A stretch of DNA of 64,000 nucleotides from Leucoraja erinacea (lineage: Eukaryota). A program made the translations under genes and the position numbers. Location of the stretch: positions 62,001 through 126,000 of the forward strand of contig NW_026576267.1 in the NCBI RefSeq assembly GCF_028641065.1, read 5' to 3'. The notes beneath the pieces are model-generated. The model ran no database searches. It was not told where the DNA came from and saw only the letters and a program-made list of their open reading frames with translations. Shown one piece after another: positions 25,985 through 38,725 of this stretch (its first letter is position 1; each line of letters begins with the position of its first letter).

Positions 25985-27800
25985 GTGAAAAGCCTATTAA
26001 ACACGACATCAAACAAACTCTGAACTATAACAGCCTATTGCGCTTTATCTGTTTATTTAAGTGTATATATATGGTCTATGGTATATAGACACACTGAAAT
26101 GTTCTGTATCAATGCTTACAATACTCTGTTGTGTTGCACCAAGCAAGAATTTCATTGTCTTATCTGGAACACATGACAATAAAACTCTCTTGACTTGAAT
26201 GCAATCCACAGTGTACAGGTACATGTGTAGGAAAACACTGCAGATGCTGGCTTAAATCGAAGGTAGACACAGAATGTTGGAGTAACTCAGCGGATCAGGC
26301 AGCATCTCTGGAGAGAAGGAATGGATCGAAACCCTTCTCTCACCCTAACTTCAAGAAGGATCTTGACCTGAAACGTCACCCTTTCTCTCCAGAGATGCTG
26401 CCTGACCTGCTGAGTTACTCCAGCATTCTGTGTGCACAGTTAAATGATAGCTCAAAGTGTTTTATTGTCGTATGTCCCAATGAAATGCTTTCTTGCAGCA
26501 GCACAACAGAATATGTAAACATTGTTCTCTGCAAACAATATAATAATCGAGGAAAAAAGTCCAGTGTGTGTTTATATATATATATAAATATGAACCATAT
26601 ATATACACACACACATATATTAAAAAAAAACATGGATAACGTTAAGTGCAGGATAAAGTCCTGTAAAGTCTGATCAAAGATAGGCTGCAGGTCTCCAATG
26701 AGATGGGTAGTAGGTCCGGACTGCTCTCTGGTTGTTGCTTGGATAGTTCAGTTGCCTGATTCTTGGTTCTTGTTTTTCTGGTCCTCCAAAAATATTTCAA
26801 ATGGAATATAAACTGGAGGTGGTGGAGGGTGGACTTAAGCAAAAAGGGGTTCTTGGGAAGAAATAGCTATCTTAAATTTAGTTGCGGCTGGTTGAGTAAC
26901 TATGGTAGGGTGGAGATTATTCCATGCTTTAATTGTGCGGGGGGACAATGAATTGCTGTACACATCTGTCTTGGTAGCTGGTATCACAAATTGGATCGAA
27001 TGCCCTCGTCTGCTCCTAATAGGTTTGATAATCTATAGGTCGACAAAAGTGCTGGAGAAACTCGAGGCAGCATCTATGGAGCGAAGGAAATAGGCAACGT
27101 TTCGGGCCGAAACCCTTCTTCAGGGTTAGTCTATGATAATCTATGTCGAGCTGACCATTTAACATTTTGTAAAAAAAAGGTCAAACGGTGAGCTTTACGT
27201 ATGTCTTGGAAAGGGTTCCACCCCGACCAGTGAATTCAGAAGTTTAGTAACACTCGCTTCATTCTCATCGGTATTAGTAACACATCGAGCTGCCTGTCTT
27301 CCGACATGTTCAAATGGAAGAAATGTTTTTATTTGTCTACGGGTCCACCGCTGCAACTGCGAGTCCAAACTGATGGGAATAATCTGTCCCTGAATCTGGA
27401 GGTGTGCGTTTTCACACTTCCATGCCTCTTGCCCGACGGGGGAAATAGGCAACTCATCCTTGATTATGCCGCTGGCCTTGCCAAGGCAGTGTGAAGCGTA
27501 GATGTAGTCAATGGAAGGGAGGTTGGTTTGTGTGGTGGACTAGGCCGTGTCCACAATTCTCTGCGTCTTGAATGGAGCTGTTCCCAAACTATGCTGTGAT
27601 GCATTCCGATAAAATATATCCTCCGGCACATCCGTAGTTGGTGGGAGTTGTTGGGGACATGCCTAACATCCTAAGCCTGTAAGGAGCGTGGAGTGCTGGA
27701 GTACCTCAGTGGGCCTGGCAGCATCCGTGGAGAACATTCATAGTGCTCGTTTCGGGTTGTTATCTTACTCTGAAGAAGTGTCCTGACCCTAAACGTTGCT

Positions 27801-27838
<38 letters not shown>

Positions 27839-29159
27839 GAAGAAGAATACTACATTTTATTTATCAGGCGTCTTTCAGGGCTCTCAAGGACACCTTACAA
27901 TTAAAACAAGCATGACACCATATAACTAACACAAGCATGAAACAAAAACAACATTATACAGCAACAATACACAATTCGGAGAGAGATTATTCAAGCCTTC
28001 ACACTGCAGACCCTGACCTGCTGAGTTACTTCAGCATTTCGTGTCTTTACTGGACTTTAGTATTTTGGAGATGGTGCGGAAACATGCCCTTCGGCCCACC
28101 AGTCGGCACCGACTATCTTTGGCGTCGACCAGTGATCACCCCCGTCCACATACACTATCGTTACACACTAGGGACAATCTGACCGAAGTACATTGACCTA
28201 CAATCCTGCACGTCCTTGGAGTGTGGGAGGAAACCGGAGCTCCCGGAGAAAACCCACATGGTGACAGGGATTGCGTACAAATTCCACACAGACAGCGCCC
28301 GCAGTCAGGATCGAACCCGCGTCTCCGCTGTAAGGCAGCAGCTGTGCAGCAAGACAACTGTGCCACATTGACCGTGGTCGATGTTGCTTTATCGACACGG
28401 GTGCAAACGCACAGCGAGATTCTTTTTTTGTTGTTGCATACAGTCCAGTAAAGTATTGCCTAAGCACACCACCCGATAATCAAAATGTACAAAAATAGCT
28501 CACTGAGACCGTATGCAATAGGCGCTATTTTCAACATTTACGATTACGAAAGAGATCAACTATGTCGGCATGTCGAGAAGGACTCTCTCGAACTTCTACA
28601 GGTGCACAATAGAGAGCATGCTGACCGGCTGCATCGTGGCTTGGTTCGGCAACTCGAGCGTCCAGGAGCGGAAAAGACTGCAAAAAGTTGTGAACACTTC
28701 CCAGTCCATCATCGACTCTGACCTCCCTTCCATCGAGGGGATCTATCGCAGTCGCTGCCTCAAAAAGGCTGCCAGCATCATCAAGGACCCACACCATCCT
28801 GGCCAAAAGCTCCTCTAATATCTTTGATCCTGGCCACACACTCATCTCCCCGCTGCCTTCAGGTAGAAGGTACAGGAGCTTGAAATCTGCAACATCCAGG
28901 TTCAGGAATAGCTACTTCCCCACAGCCATCAGGCCATTAAATTCAACTCAAATAAAAATCTGAACTTTAATAGCCTATTGCACTTTATTTGCTTATTTAT
29001 GTGTGTGTATATATATATTCGATGGTATATGGACACACTGATCTGTTCTGTATTTATTTATGCCTACAATATTCTGTTGTGCTGAAGCAAAGCAAGAATT
29101 TCATTGTCCTATCTGTGACACTTGACAATAAACTCTCTTGAACTTGAATCTTGAAGTAG

Positions 29160-29250
29160 AGACAGCATCGACAAGCCTGCCAAACGGCTCTTTTAAAAGC
29201 CACTCATACATTTAAAATGAGACTACAATTGGTCAATAGAATGGTAGATA
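29160..29250 (+). pseudogene. Orphan histone 3' UTR and stem-loop with no CDS
   Basis: caaacGGCTCTTTTAAAAGCCactca at 29186-29201 (one stem mismatch). Flanks align with the 3' UTR of the 23930-24352 H2B. Upstream sequence is a Rex/Babar fragment. Confidence 0.7.
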
Positions 29251-31894
29251 TAGATACAAGGAACGGCAGACGCTGGCTTATAAAAAACTCAAGGTGCGGG
29301 TCTAATTCCGAGGGTCAGGCAGCATCTCTGGAGAACATGGATAGGTGACGTTTGGGATCGGGTCTGTCCTTCACACTGCAATAGAATGCTAGGCATCGAA
29401 TTGGTGATATATTACATATATAGGAACGAAAATTAAAACATTGGAAATCTCGGGAGTGCTGGAAAGTCTGGCCAGGCAGCGCCCGGGAAGAAACAGTTGA
29501 TGTTTCAGATCGAAACCCCTTCCTCAGATTGTCAATTTAGTTTATCACCATAAATTATACAGAAAACGAACCTTTGTCTCTTGTAACAACAAATGTGTAA
29601 TTGCACTCTGAATACCTTGAGATACTTGCAACGCCTAGAGGCATTCAGTTGCGATGTTCCATTGCCATTTTGTGCTTAGTCGTTTAAATTCTATTCGCCT
29701 TCGACTGAAATTATATTTCCCACGTCTCATAGTTTATTTCGAATAGGCTAACGAAGGATGTTTGTTATGAAAATAAATCGAAGTTTAAAAAGGCAATGTC
29801 TGGGATCACAAAATATGATCTCCAAAATAGTTTCTCAATTCATAACGCCGATGACCCCAAAGTAGGAAGAAGGGTTTCGGCCCGAAACGTTGCCTTTTTC
29901 CTTCGCTCCATAGATGCTGCTGCACCCGCTGAGTTTCTCCAGCTTTTTTTGTGTCTCCCCAAAGTAGGATATGACTTGCAAAGTATATGTAACATTTCTC
30001 GGGAATTTCACCCACAACCCGTCGTCACCAGTTGCTAATGTGCAAATTCAGAGGATATTCAATTAGATCAATATCCATTTGTTGCAGATATTTCTGTTTG
30101 GGTTGTCAACACTTGGGTTTAATAATTAAAGACAAGGTGACGCAGCAGGCACGTTGCATGAACAGCTGCCTGTCCCGCTGAGTTGCTCCAGCATTTTGTG
30201 TCTATCTTCGGTTTAAACCAAAGATATTAGTGGAGATCCTCTAGTATCTTTGGTTTAAACCAGCATCTGCAGTTCCTTCCTTCGACCTTGCATTGTCGGG
30301 CAGCTTGACAGACATCCGCTGTTCATCTGATCAAATGACTCCGAGCCGATGCACCCATCGTTTGTGCTTCATCCTTCATTTCAGAAGTCGTTGACCATAT
30401 CTCCCGCTTGCAGTCCGCTTTCTGCCCAATGTATGCCAAAACCCAGAGATTGTATCCCTGTTCCCTCAAATACCAAATCCATCAACTGATAATGTTGCTA
30501 TATCCTCCCACTGAAAACAGAAAGGATTATCTTGTTCAACGAATAACGAAACGCTTCCAAAAGTACGTTAAGACCTAGTATCTTTGTTTAAGATGTCCTT
30601 TATCAAAGATCGCCAGGCATCAAGGGGACCCAGCCCAAAAAAAGTCGCGAATGTGATTGTTTCACGCGTTACCTGGAGAGCAGCCCAGTGAAAGGCAGGG
30701 AAAATGCTGCTTATTTCATCGTAATTTCCAAAGGGCAATGAAAAATGGTAACTTCCCCAAAGAGGCAATGTTCATTTAAAATCTCACACTGCGTCAAGTT
30801 TTGTTGAATGTTGTTATGAAGGGATGTGGACAAAAGCGTGTATATGGAGTTTGGGCACGTCGCCATTTCATTAGCTGGGGAAAGTCGGGCCTTAACATAC
30901 AGCAAGGAAAATTACGGCACAGGAACAGGTCCTTCTGTTCATAAATGCAAATGTCGAACATAATAAACTAATCTCATATGCCTACAAATGATCCATATTC
31001 ATGTGCCTAATAAAAGCTGATTGGAATCTACTATAGTACGTCTTTGAAGATGAGAAACAAATTGTTGGCGCAACTGTGGGTCAATGGAGCATAGGTGCAG
31101 GAGGCCATTGGAGCCAGCACCGCCATTCTCGGTTTCCTAGTCCTCCAAAATATTCCAAATGGGATTGATACTGGAGGCGGTAGAGGGTTCTTGGGAATCA
31201 GCCTTGATTCAAGGTGATCATCCCCAATCAGTACCCGTTCCTGCCTTCTCCCCATATCCCGACTCCGCTATCTTTAAGAGCTCTCTCTTGAAAGCATCCA
31301 GAGAACCGGCCTCCGCCGCCCTCTGAGGCAGATAATTCCAGACTCACAACTCTGTGTGAAAAAGTGTTTCCTCGTCTCCCTTCTAAATGGCTTACCCCTT
31401 ATTCTTAAATAAACGCAGACGATGAAACACTTTTTCTTATATAAGGGGCCAGGCAGCATCGCTGGAGAAAGAGAATAAATAGGCATCCACCAGTGGCCGA
31501 AATTTGAGGAGCTATGAGAGCGCCAGGAGCCATTTTTAGCAATCTGGGGCAGGCGAGGAAGAGCAAATCGATATTCTTCCTTTCCCACGTCTAATTGCTG
31601 CTGCTAATTCTGATTTTCTCCGTATTACGGCTCTCCATTCCCATTATTCCCGCCCCGTCAGGAAGACCCGCCATTTATTACACTGGCCGTCGAAGCTCAT
31701 GAGAAACCCGCTCGGCCTCGTTGCGTTTCCAAAACGCGGGCAGCTTTCGGAAAGGGAAGGATTCCCTCCAACGTGGTGGAGCCGTCGAAGTTTAAAATAA
31801 AAGAGAAATAAAGAATTATTGACTGTATTTCGTTTAAATTGTGGTGAATCTGGCTGCGATGGCGCAGGGCCATTCAGCAGCACAGAAACGTCCT

Positions 31895-32392
31895 TTAACA
31901 GCACTTGGCTCCCACCGGGTTGCAACATTTCGCCTCCTTTTTCCTGCGGTTGAGCTCTTTTTTCGGCGGCGCTCGCTTCTCGGGCGGAGCCCGGCGTTGT
32001 TCCTGTTCTTGCTCCTGCTGCTGCTGCAGCTTCTTCTCGGCCTTCTGCTCGCGGTCGAGGCGGAGGCAGGCGGTGGTGGCCGCCGCCACCTTCCTGCGGC
32101 CGCGGGGGGGAGGCGGGGGCTGCTCCTCCTCCTGCGAGCTGTCCGGCGTCAGCCCCGACACGGCCTTGCGCATGTTCCGGCGGTTCTCCTCCTCGTCGTA
32201 GCCGTTGGAGCGCACGAACTCCCGCAGCGCCAGCAGCGAGCGGCGGCTGAGTCGCCGGTGCGCCGACACCGCCTGCCTCATCAGCTGCACGATCAGTTGC
32301 TGCGTCCGCCGGCTCCGCCGGTAAGGCCGCCCTCGGCGTCGTGGGGCGGGCGCGGCGCCGGGCACGGTCTTGGGTCTGGGTCTGGCAACCAT
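31895..32392 (-). CDS. Arg-rich, highly divergent linker-histone H1-derived protein, 165 aa (protamine-like candidate)
   Basis: IVQLMRQAVSAHRRLSRRSLLALREFVRSNGYDEEENRRNMRKAVSGL aligns to H1 globular helices ([48 protein letters not shown]). Intronless GC-rich ORF with upstream TATA and minus-strand AATAAA near 31674-31679. Confidence 0.72.
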   Translation of the reverse strand: MVARPRPKTVPGAAPAPRRRGRPYRRSRRTQQLIVQLMRQAVSAHRRLSRRSLLALREFVRSNGYDEEENRRNMRKAVSGLTPDSSQEEEQPPPPPRGRRKVAAATTACLRLDREQKAEKKLQQQQEQEQEQRRAPPEKRAPPKKELNRRKKEAKCCNPVGAKCC

Positions 32393-32494
32393 CTGAAGCT
32401 GCGCGTAGTTATAGCTCGGACACAAGCGGCTTCTCCCTCCAACCCTCAGCGTCGCCGCTCGACTCGCAGCTGCAGCTCAGCGCCGCCCTCACCC

Positions 32495-32580
32495 CCCTTT
32501 ATAACCGCGCCCCCCAACAATCCCACCAATCACAGAACGCCCCTCCCACAACACGTCACAGGAGGGCCGGTGACGTCAAC
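32495..32580 (-). promoter_or_regulatory. Promoter with TATAAA, CCAAT and perfect CRE
   Basis: TATAAA on minus at 32503-32498, CCAAT at 32526, ACGTCA half site at 32553, TGACGTCA at 32571-32578. Confidence 0.75.
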
Positions 32581-33434
32581 CAGGATCAGGGACAACCCCC
32601 CCCCCCCTCGGATATCTAATGATAATCAAGTTAGATATAGATATGCCATTTATTGTCACTATACATGTACAGTGAAACTGAAAGCTGCTCGTACTCAGTG
32701 CATACATACAATTTTACACAAAAAACAAGAAACAGAAAAACAAAACAGAAGGGAGATGGGGGGGGGAATAGGTGCACAACTTCTACGGCGCTACATACAT
32801 ATATACATATATACAGATGGAAGTCCGTGTTGGGCGGTGTAGTCAGTGCATGTGTGGATTTGAATTTATGGTAGATATAATTCTCGGGAAGCAGCTATTC
32901 CTGAGTCTGTTTGTCCTGGATTTGATGCACCTATAGCGCCTTCCAGAGGGCAGCAGGTCGAACAGTCCAAACGCAGGATGGGAGCTGTCTTTGGTGATCT
33001 TCTTTGCCCTGCTAAGGCAGCGGGAGGTGTAGATGTCCATCAGGGAGGGGAGAGGGCAACCAATGATCCTCTGCGCTGTCCTGGTTACCCTCTGAAGCCT
33101 CTCCCTGTCTGCCATGGTGCAGCTGCCATACCATGCTGTAATGCAGTATGTCAGTAGGCTCTCGATGGACGAGCGGTAGTAGGTCAGCAGCAGGTTAGAG
33201 TCCAGGTTGTGCTTCCTGAGGACCCTCAGGAAGTGCAGCCGCTTCCTGAGTTCAAGTGAGTTTATTGTCATGTGTCCCTGTATAGGACAATTAAATTCTT
33301 GCTTTGCTTAAGCACACAGAACATAGTAGGCATTTACTACAAAACAGATAAATGTGTCCATATACCATGATATAAATATATACACACATGAATAAATATA
33401 CTGGTAAAGTGCAAATAACAGAAAGTGGTTATTA

Positions 33435-34052
33435 ATTGAGTATAGGAGCAGGGAGGTTCTACTGCAGTTGTACAGGGTCTTAGTGAGACCACACCTGGAG
33501 TATTGCGTACAGTTTTGGTCTCCAAATCTGAGGAAGGACATTATTGCCATAGAGGGAGTGCAGAGAAGGCTCACCAGACTGATTCCTGGGATGGCAGGAC
33601 TGTCTTATGAAGAAAGACTGGATAGACTTGGTTTATACTCTCTAGAATTTAGGAGATTGAGAGGGGATCTTATAGAAACTTATACAATTCTTAAGGGGTT
33701 AGACAGGCTAGATGCAGGAAGATTGTTCCCGATGTTGGGGAAGTCCAGGACAAAGGGTCACATAAGGGGGAAATCCTTTAAAACCGAGATGAGAAGAACT
33801 TTTTTCACACAGAGAGTGGTGAATCTCTGGAACTCTCTGCCACAGAGGGTAGTCGAGGCCAGTTCATTGGCTATATTTAAGAGGGTGTTAGATGTGGCCC
33901 TTGTGGCTAAGGGGATCAGAGGGTATGGAGAGAAGGCAGGTACGGGATACTGAGTTGGATGATCAGCCATGATCATGTTGAATGGCGGTGCAGGCTCGAA
34001 GGGTCGAATGGCCTACTCCTGCGCCTAATTTCTATGTTTCTATGTTTCTATT
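33435..34052 (+). mobile_element. CR1-clade (HER1-like) LINE 3' fragment, representative of many copies
   Basis: YRVLVRPHLEYCVQFWSP...GLSYEERLDRLGLYSLEFRRLRGDLIETY...FFTQRVVNLWNSLP with a (TTTCTATG)n tail. Other copies at about 115-668(-), 1130-1570(-), 2715-3015, 3880-4470, 11160-12200, 15105-16265, 22895-23325, 34625-35360(-), 52560-52950, 53230-54240, 55950-56465(-), 57460-58200(-), 61783-62230, 62345-62685(-), 63603-64000. Confidence 0.92.
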
Positions 34053-34354
34053 AATAATCAGAATTTTGTCCGAGCCAGGATTAATAGCCTGATGGCTGTG
34101 GGGAAGTAGCTATTCCTGAACCTGGTTGTTGCAGTCTTCAGGCTCCTATACCTTCTACCTGAAGGTAGAAGGGAGACAAGTGTGTGGCCAGGATGGCGTG
34201 GGTCTTTGATGATACTGCCAGCCTTTTTGAGGCAACGACTGCGATAAATCCCCTCGATGGAAGGAAGGTCATCATACTTATAATCAAAGATCATAGAGCG
34301 GAGCTATGATCTCTGATTATAATCAAATCGCTCTATCATCTTTGATTATAATCA

Positions 34355-34530
34355 NNNNNNNNNNNNNNNNNNNNNNNNNNNNNNNNNNNNNNNNNNNNNN
34401 NNNNNNNNNNNNNNNNNNNNNNNNNNNNNNNNNNNNNNNNNNNNNNNNNNNNNNNNNNNNNNNNNNNNNNNNNNNNNNNNNNNNNNNNNNNNNNNNNNNN
34501 NNNNNNNNNNNNNNNNNNNNNNNNNNNNNN
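34355..34530. other. Assembly gap (N run)
   Basis: Run of N. Confidence 1.
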
Positions 34531-35657
34531 CTTGACTTGAATAATAATAATAATATTATAATAATAATAACATCAAATCGTCCGATCAGCAGAGAAGATT
34601 ATTGGCTGCAACGTTTCCTCCATTGATAGAAACATGGAAACATAGAAAATAGGTGCAGGAGTAAGCCATTCGGCCCTTTGAGCCTGCACCGCCATTCAAT
34701 ATGATCATGGCTGATCATCCAACTCAGTATCCCGTACCTGCCTTCTCTCCATACCTCCTGATCCCTTTAGCCACAAGGGCCACATCTAACTCCCTCATAA
34801 ATATAGCCAATGAACTGGCCTCAGCTACCCTCTGTGGCAGAGTGTTCCAGAGATTCACCACTCTCTGTGTGAAAAATGTTTTTCTCATCTCGGTCTTAAA
34901 AGGATTTCCCCTTATCCTTAAGCTGTGACCCCTTGTCCTGGACTTCCCCAACATCGGGAACAATCTTCCTTCATCTAGCCTGTCCAACCCCTTAAGAATT
35001 TTGTAAGTTTCTATAAGATTCCCCCCTCAATCTCCTAAATTCTAGCGAGTATAAGCCAAGCCTATCCTGTCTTTCTTCATATGAAAGTCCTGACATCCCA
35101 GGAATCAGTCTGGTGAACCTTCTCTGCACTCCCTCTATGGCAATAAAGTTCTTCCTCAGATTTGGAGACCAAAACTGTACCCAATACTCCAGGTGTGGTC
35201 TCACCAAGACCTTGTACAACTGCAGTAGAACCTCCCTGCTCCTATACTCAAATCCTTTTGCTATGAATGCTAACATACCATTCGCTTTCTTCACTGCCTG
35301 CTGCGCCTGCGTGCCTACTTTCAATGACTGGTGTACCATGACACCCAGGTCTCGTTGCATCCTCTCACCCTGGCCACAAACTCTTTGAATCACTTCCCTC
35401 TGGAAGGCGACTCCAGGCTGTCAAAGCTGCCACAGCCAGATATAAAAACAGTTTTTATCCACGAGTAGTTGCTCTACTCAACAGCCAAAAATCTGTAGCC
35501 TCCCCTTGATCTGGTATTTTGTTGGTTCACATGCTTGATCAATGGTGTTTTATCATTATGATTAATGTTTAGTGTTTTCTGAGTCATTCGTAACTGTCAC
35601 TGTATGTCATGTTGTTACTTGTGGGCGGAGCATCAAGGCAAATTCCTTGTATGTGAA

Positions 35658-36056
35658 NNNNNNNNNNNNNNNNNNNNNNNNNNNNNNNNNNNNNNNNNNN
35701 NNNNNNNNNNNNNNNNNNNNNNNNNNNNNNNNNNNNNNNNNNNNNNNNNNNNNNNNNNNNNNNNNNNNNNNNNNNNNNNNNNNNNNNNNNNNNNNNNNNN
35801 NNNNNNNNNNNNNNNNNNNNNNNNNNNNNNNNNNNNNNNNNNNNNNNNNNNNNNNNNNNNNNNNNNNNNNNNNNNNNNNNNNNNNNNNNNNNNNNNNNNN
35901 NNNNNNNNNNNNNNNNNNNNNNNNNNNNNNNNNNNNNNNNNNNNNNNNNNNNNNNNNNNNNNNNNNNNNNNNNNNNNNNNNNNNNNNNNNNNNNNNNNNN
36001 NNNNNNNNNNNNNNNNNNNNNNNNNNNNNNNNNNNNNNNNNNNNNNNNNNNNNNNN
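35658..36056. other. Assembly gap (N run)
   Basis: Run of N. Confidence 1.
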
Positions 36057-36108
36057 ACAACAATAATGATAATATAATAATAACAACAGAAATAATAATA
36101 CTAATATT

Positions 36109-37515
36109 TGTAGATTGGCTATTGCATGCTAGCCAATCATAGTATTTGTTAGTAGTAGCTCCGCCTAGTATGTGCTTTATAATATCAAGAGCTCGCCTAC
36201 GCCAGCCAGTAGATGTAGCAGCTCGGAGCTGTAACATACTGCAGATCCTATGCTGTAAGTGATTTAATAAATATGTGTTGTATCTTAATGTGTGTTCGGG
36301 TCACATCATTACGTGGTTTCAGAAGTGGGATTCAAACCCACGCCTCCAATTGGAGACCAGAACAGCAACTCCTCTCTCAATACAAAGACCTGTTTAATGA
36401 TGAACTTGGCAAGTTGCCTGTCAAATATCGCATTACTGTTGATCCTAAAGTCACACCCGTGGTCCGAGCGCCACATCGCGTCCCACATGCCATGCGCGAC
36501 AGAATACACGCTGAACTCAAACGCATGGTCTCAATGGGTGTTATTGCTGAGGTATCTGACCCGTCCGACTGGGTTTCCACCATGATTGTTGCAACTAAGA
36601 AAAACAAGGAGGAGATCCGTATCTGCATCAACCCCAGAGATCTTAACACTGCCGTCAAGCGCGCACATTACCCAATGCGAAGCACTGAAGATGTCGCTGA
36701 ACAGGTTGGCAATGCAGCAGTATTCTCGGTCCTGGATCTCCTTTTGGCTGATTCCACTAGACCCAGACCCGTCCAACCTCACTACATTCGTCACACCCTG
36801 TGGCCGCTTCAAATTTCTAAGAATGCCTTTCGGCATCAACTCCGCCTATGAAGCCTTCCAGCGCACTATGGAATAATTGTTTGCAGAGTAACCGTGTGTC
36901 ATTATTGTTGATGATATTCTCGTCTACGGTCGCGACTTGGCTGAACATGATGCCAATCTGAAGAGAGTACTTGACCGTGCCAAAGGCATTCAGCTTAAAC
37001 TCAATCCACTAAAGTGCAGGTTTCGAGTTCCTGAGATCACATCAGACATGTTTTTACCAGCGATGGTCACAGACCAGATCCGCTGAAAACTTCAGTTATC
37101 AACGAACTGCCGGTTCCTACTGATGTTGTGAGTTTACAACGATTCCTTGGTATGGTTAACTGCCTGGGAAAATGTATTCCCAACCTCAGCAACATATCGG
37201 CCCTCCTGTGAGAACTGACACACAAGGACACGACATGGTCCTGGTACCCGCAGCACCAAAGGGCTTTCGACACTCTCAAACTGCAGCTGGCTAGCGCACC
37301 TACACTCTCCTATTTCGATTTGGAGTTACCGCTAACGCTCACTTGCGTTGCATCCCAGTACGGGCTAGGCGTAGCGTGCTTGCAGGCCACTTCTGACGGC
37401 GATTTCAAGCCTGTGTCATATGCATCCCGTACACTTACTGACACTGAACAGTGCTACGCCCAGATCGAAAAGGAACTGCTCGCAGTGGTTTTCGCCTGCA
37501 TTAAATTCAAGTAGT
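36109..37515 (+). mobile_element. Internally deleted Gypsy LTR retrotransposon: putative short LTR, tRNA-Leu PBS, decayed RT-RNase H
   Basis: IRICINPRDLN, TTFVTPCGRFKFLRMPFGINSA, IIVDDILVYG and VSYASRTLTDTEQCYAQIEKELLAVVF motifs. TG start at 36109 and AATAAA near 36266. PBS TGGTTTCAGAAGTGGGAT at 36314. Confidence 0.88.
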
Positions 37516-37883
37516 TCATCGGTCAGAATAGTTCAGCACAGGAACCTGACTAGCACTCGGGCTAAAGATTGGATGAAATGCTACACTCTGAAATGTACGA
37601 ACATATCTCGAACGATGTTTTTTATTTTAATAAATTTTTCCATTCTTCTTTAACTATCTCTTTCCCCTTTTTTTTTTTTTTTTTTTTCTTTTTTTTTTTT
37701 TTTTTCTTCCTTTACTTCATCTTTACTTCTATCTCTTTAGTTCTATCTAGTTTAAAAAAATGAAGAAAAAGGCAAAAAGTATTGGAGACAATGTAATAAT
37801 AACTGACAATATTATCAATTAAAAAATGTAAGACAGTAATGATGTAATTGGTTATGTACCTATCTCCAATAAAAAATATTTTC

Positions 37884-37926
<43 letters not shown>

Positions 37927-37944
37927 GTACTTCATCTTTGGTAA

Positions 37945-38725
37945 AACTGTGACACCCGTGCCTCGGTAAGCGGGGCCCAGTCCTCACGGTTGTCAACCGC
38001 AGTACTATCCGCACCTACGGCACGAGGATCCTATCCCTCTCTTTTGACTCCCGACCGTATGTTTGGACATTTATCATTGCAGCGGTGGCCCAGCGCCGAC
38101 TTCCTGCTGGCCGTTTCCCTCATGGTGGACCTACGGGGCGGGCGCCTCATTCAACTGGCGGAACTCGGCCCCACGACCCTCGACTGCATTCTACCCGCAG
38201 CTCTACGCGGTGGCTGAAGTAGAGGGCCCATATGCTTCCATCCTCGGGGAGTTCCCGGCGCTACTCACCCCCCATTTCAACACGCGCGGCTCCCAAGCAT
38301 TGGGTGGCGCACCATATTCCCACCACTGTACTGCCATTACACGCCCGGGCACGCAGGCTTGTGCCTGACAAGCTGCGGGGATTACAGGCGCCTGAACGCC
38401 ATTACAACCACGGAACGCTACCCTGTCCCACATATACAGGATTTTTCGGCCCATCTGGAGGGCGCCACCTTTTTCTCCAAGGTGGACCCGGTCCGTGGTT
38501 ATCCCCAGGTCCTTGTGCGCCCGGAAAATGTGCCCAAAACTGCCACCATCGGTCTGTTTGAGTGGCTCCACATGCCCTTCGGTTTGAAGAACGCTGTTCC
38601 AGCGCCTAATGGACATGGTCGGTCGGGGATTGAACTTTGCCTACATTTACCTCGATGACATCCTGGTCGCGAGCCGCTCCCAACAGGAGCACCTCACACA
38701 CACACACCTGCGGACGCTATTGAAC
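37945..38725 (+). mobile_element. Second decayed Gypsy pol fragment from a different family
   Basis: CGDYRRLNAITTTERYPVPHIQDF...FSKVD...YPQV...PKTA...GLFEWLHMPFGLKNA and YLDDILVAS. Confidence 0.85.

Noticed and set aside
30335-30385. Faint similarity to the minus-strand H2B promoter (tgactcc...gatgcacccatcg)
   Set aside because: Too short, with degenerate CCAAT and octamer; cannot be distinguished from chance.
31841-32842. 333-aa plus-strand ORF and other overlapping ORFs across the histone genes (13631-14422, 23862-24560)
   Set aside because: Shadow frames of GC-rich histone-like CDSs with no independent promoter or domain.
34306-36237. ORFs spanning X runs
   Set aside because: Artefacts of assembly gaps.
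36314-36363. tRNA-Leu gene
   Set aside because: Only the 3' half is present, with encoded CCA and no A box, at a retrotransposon PBS position.
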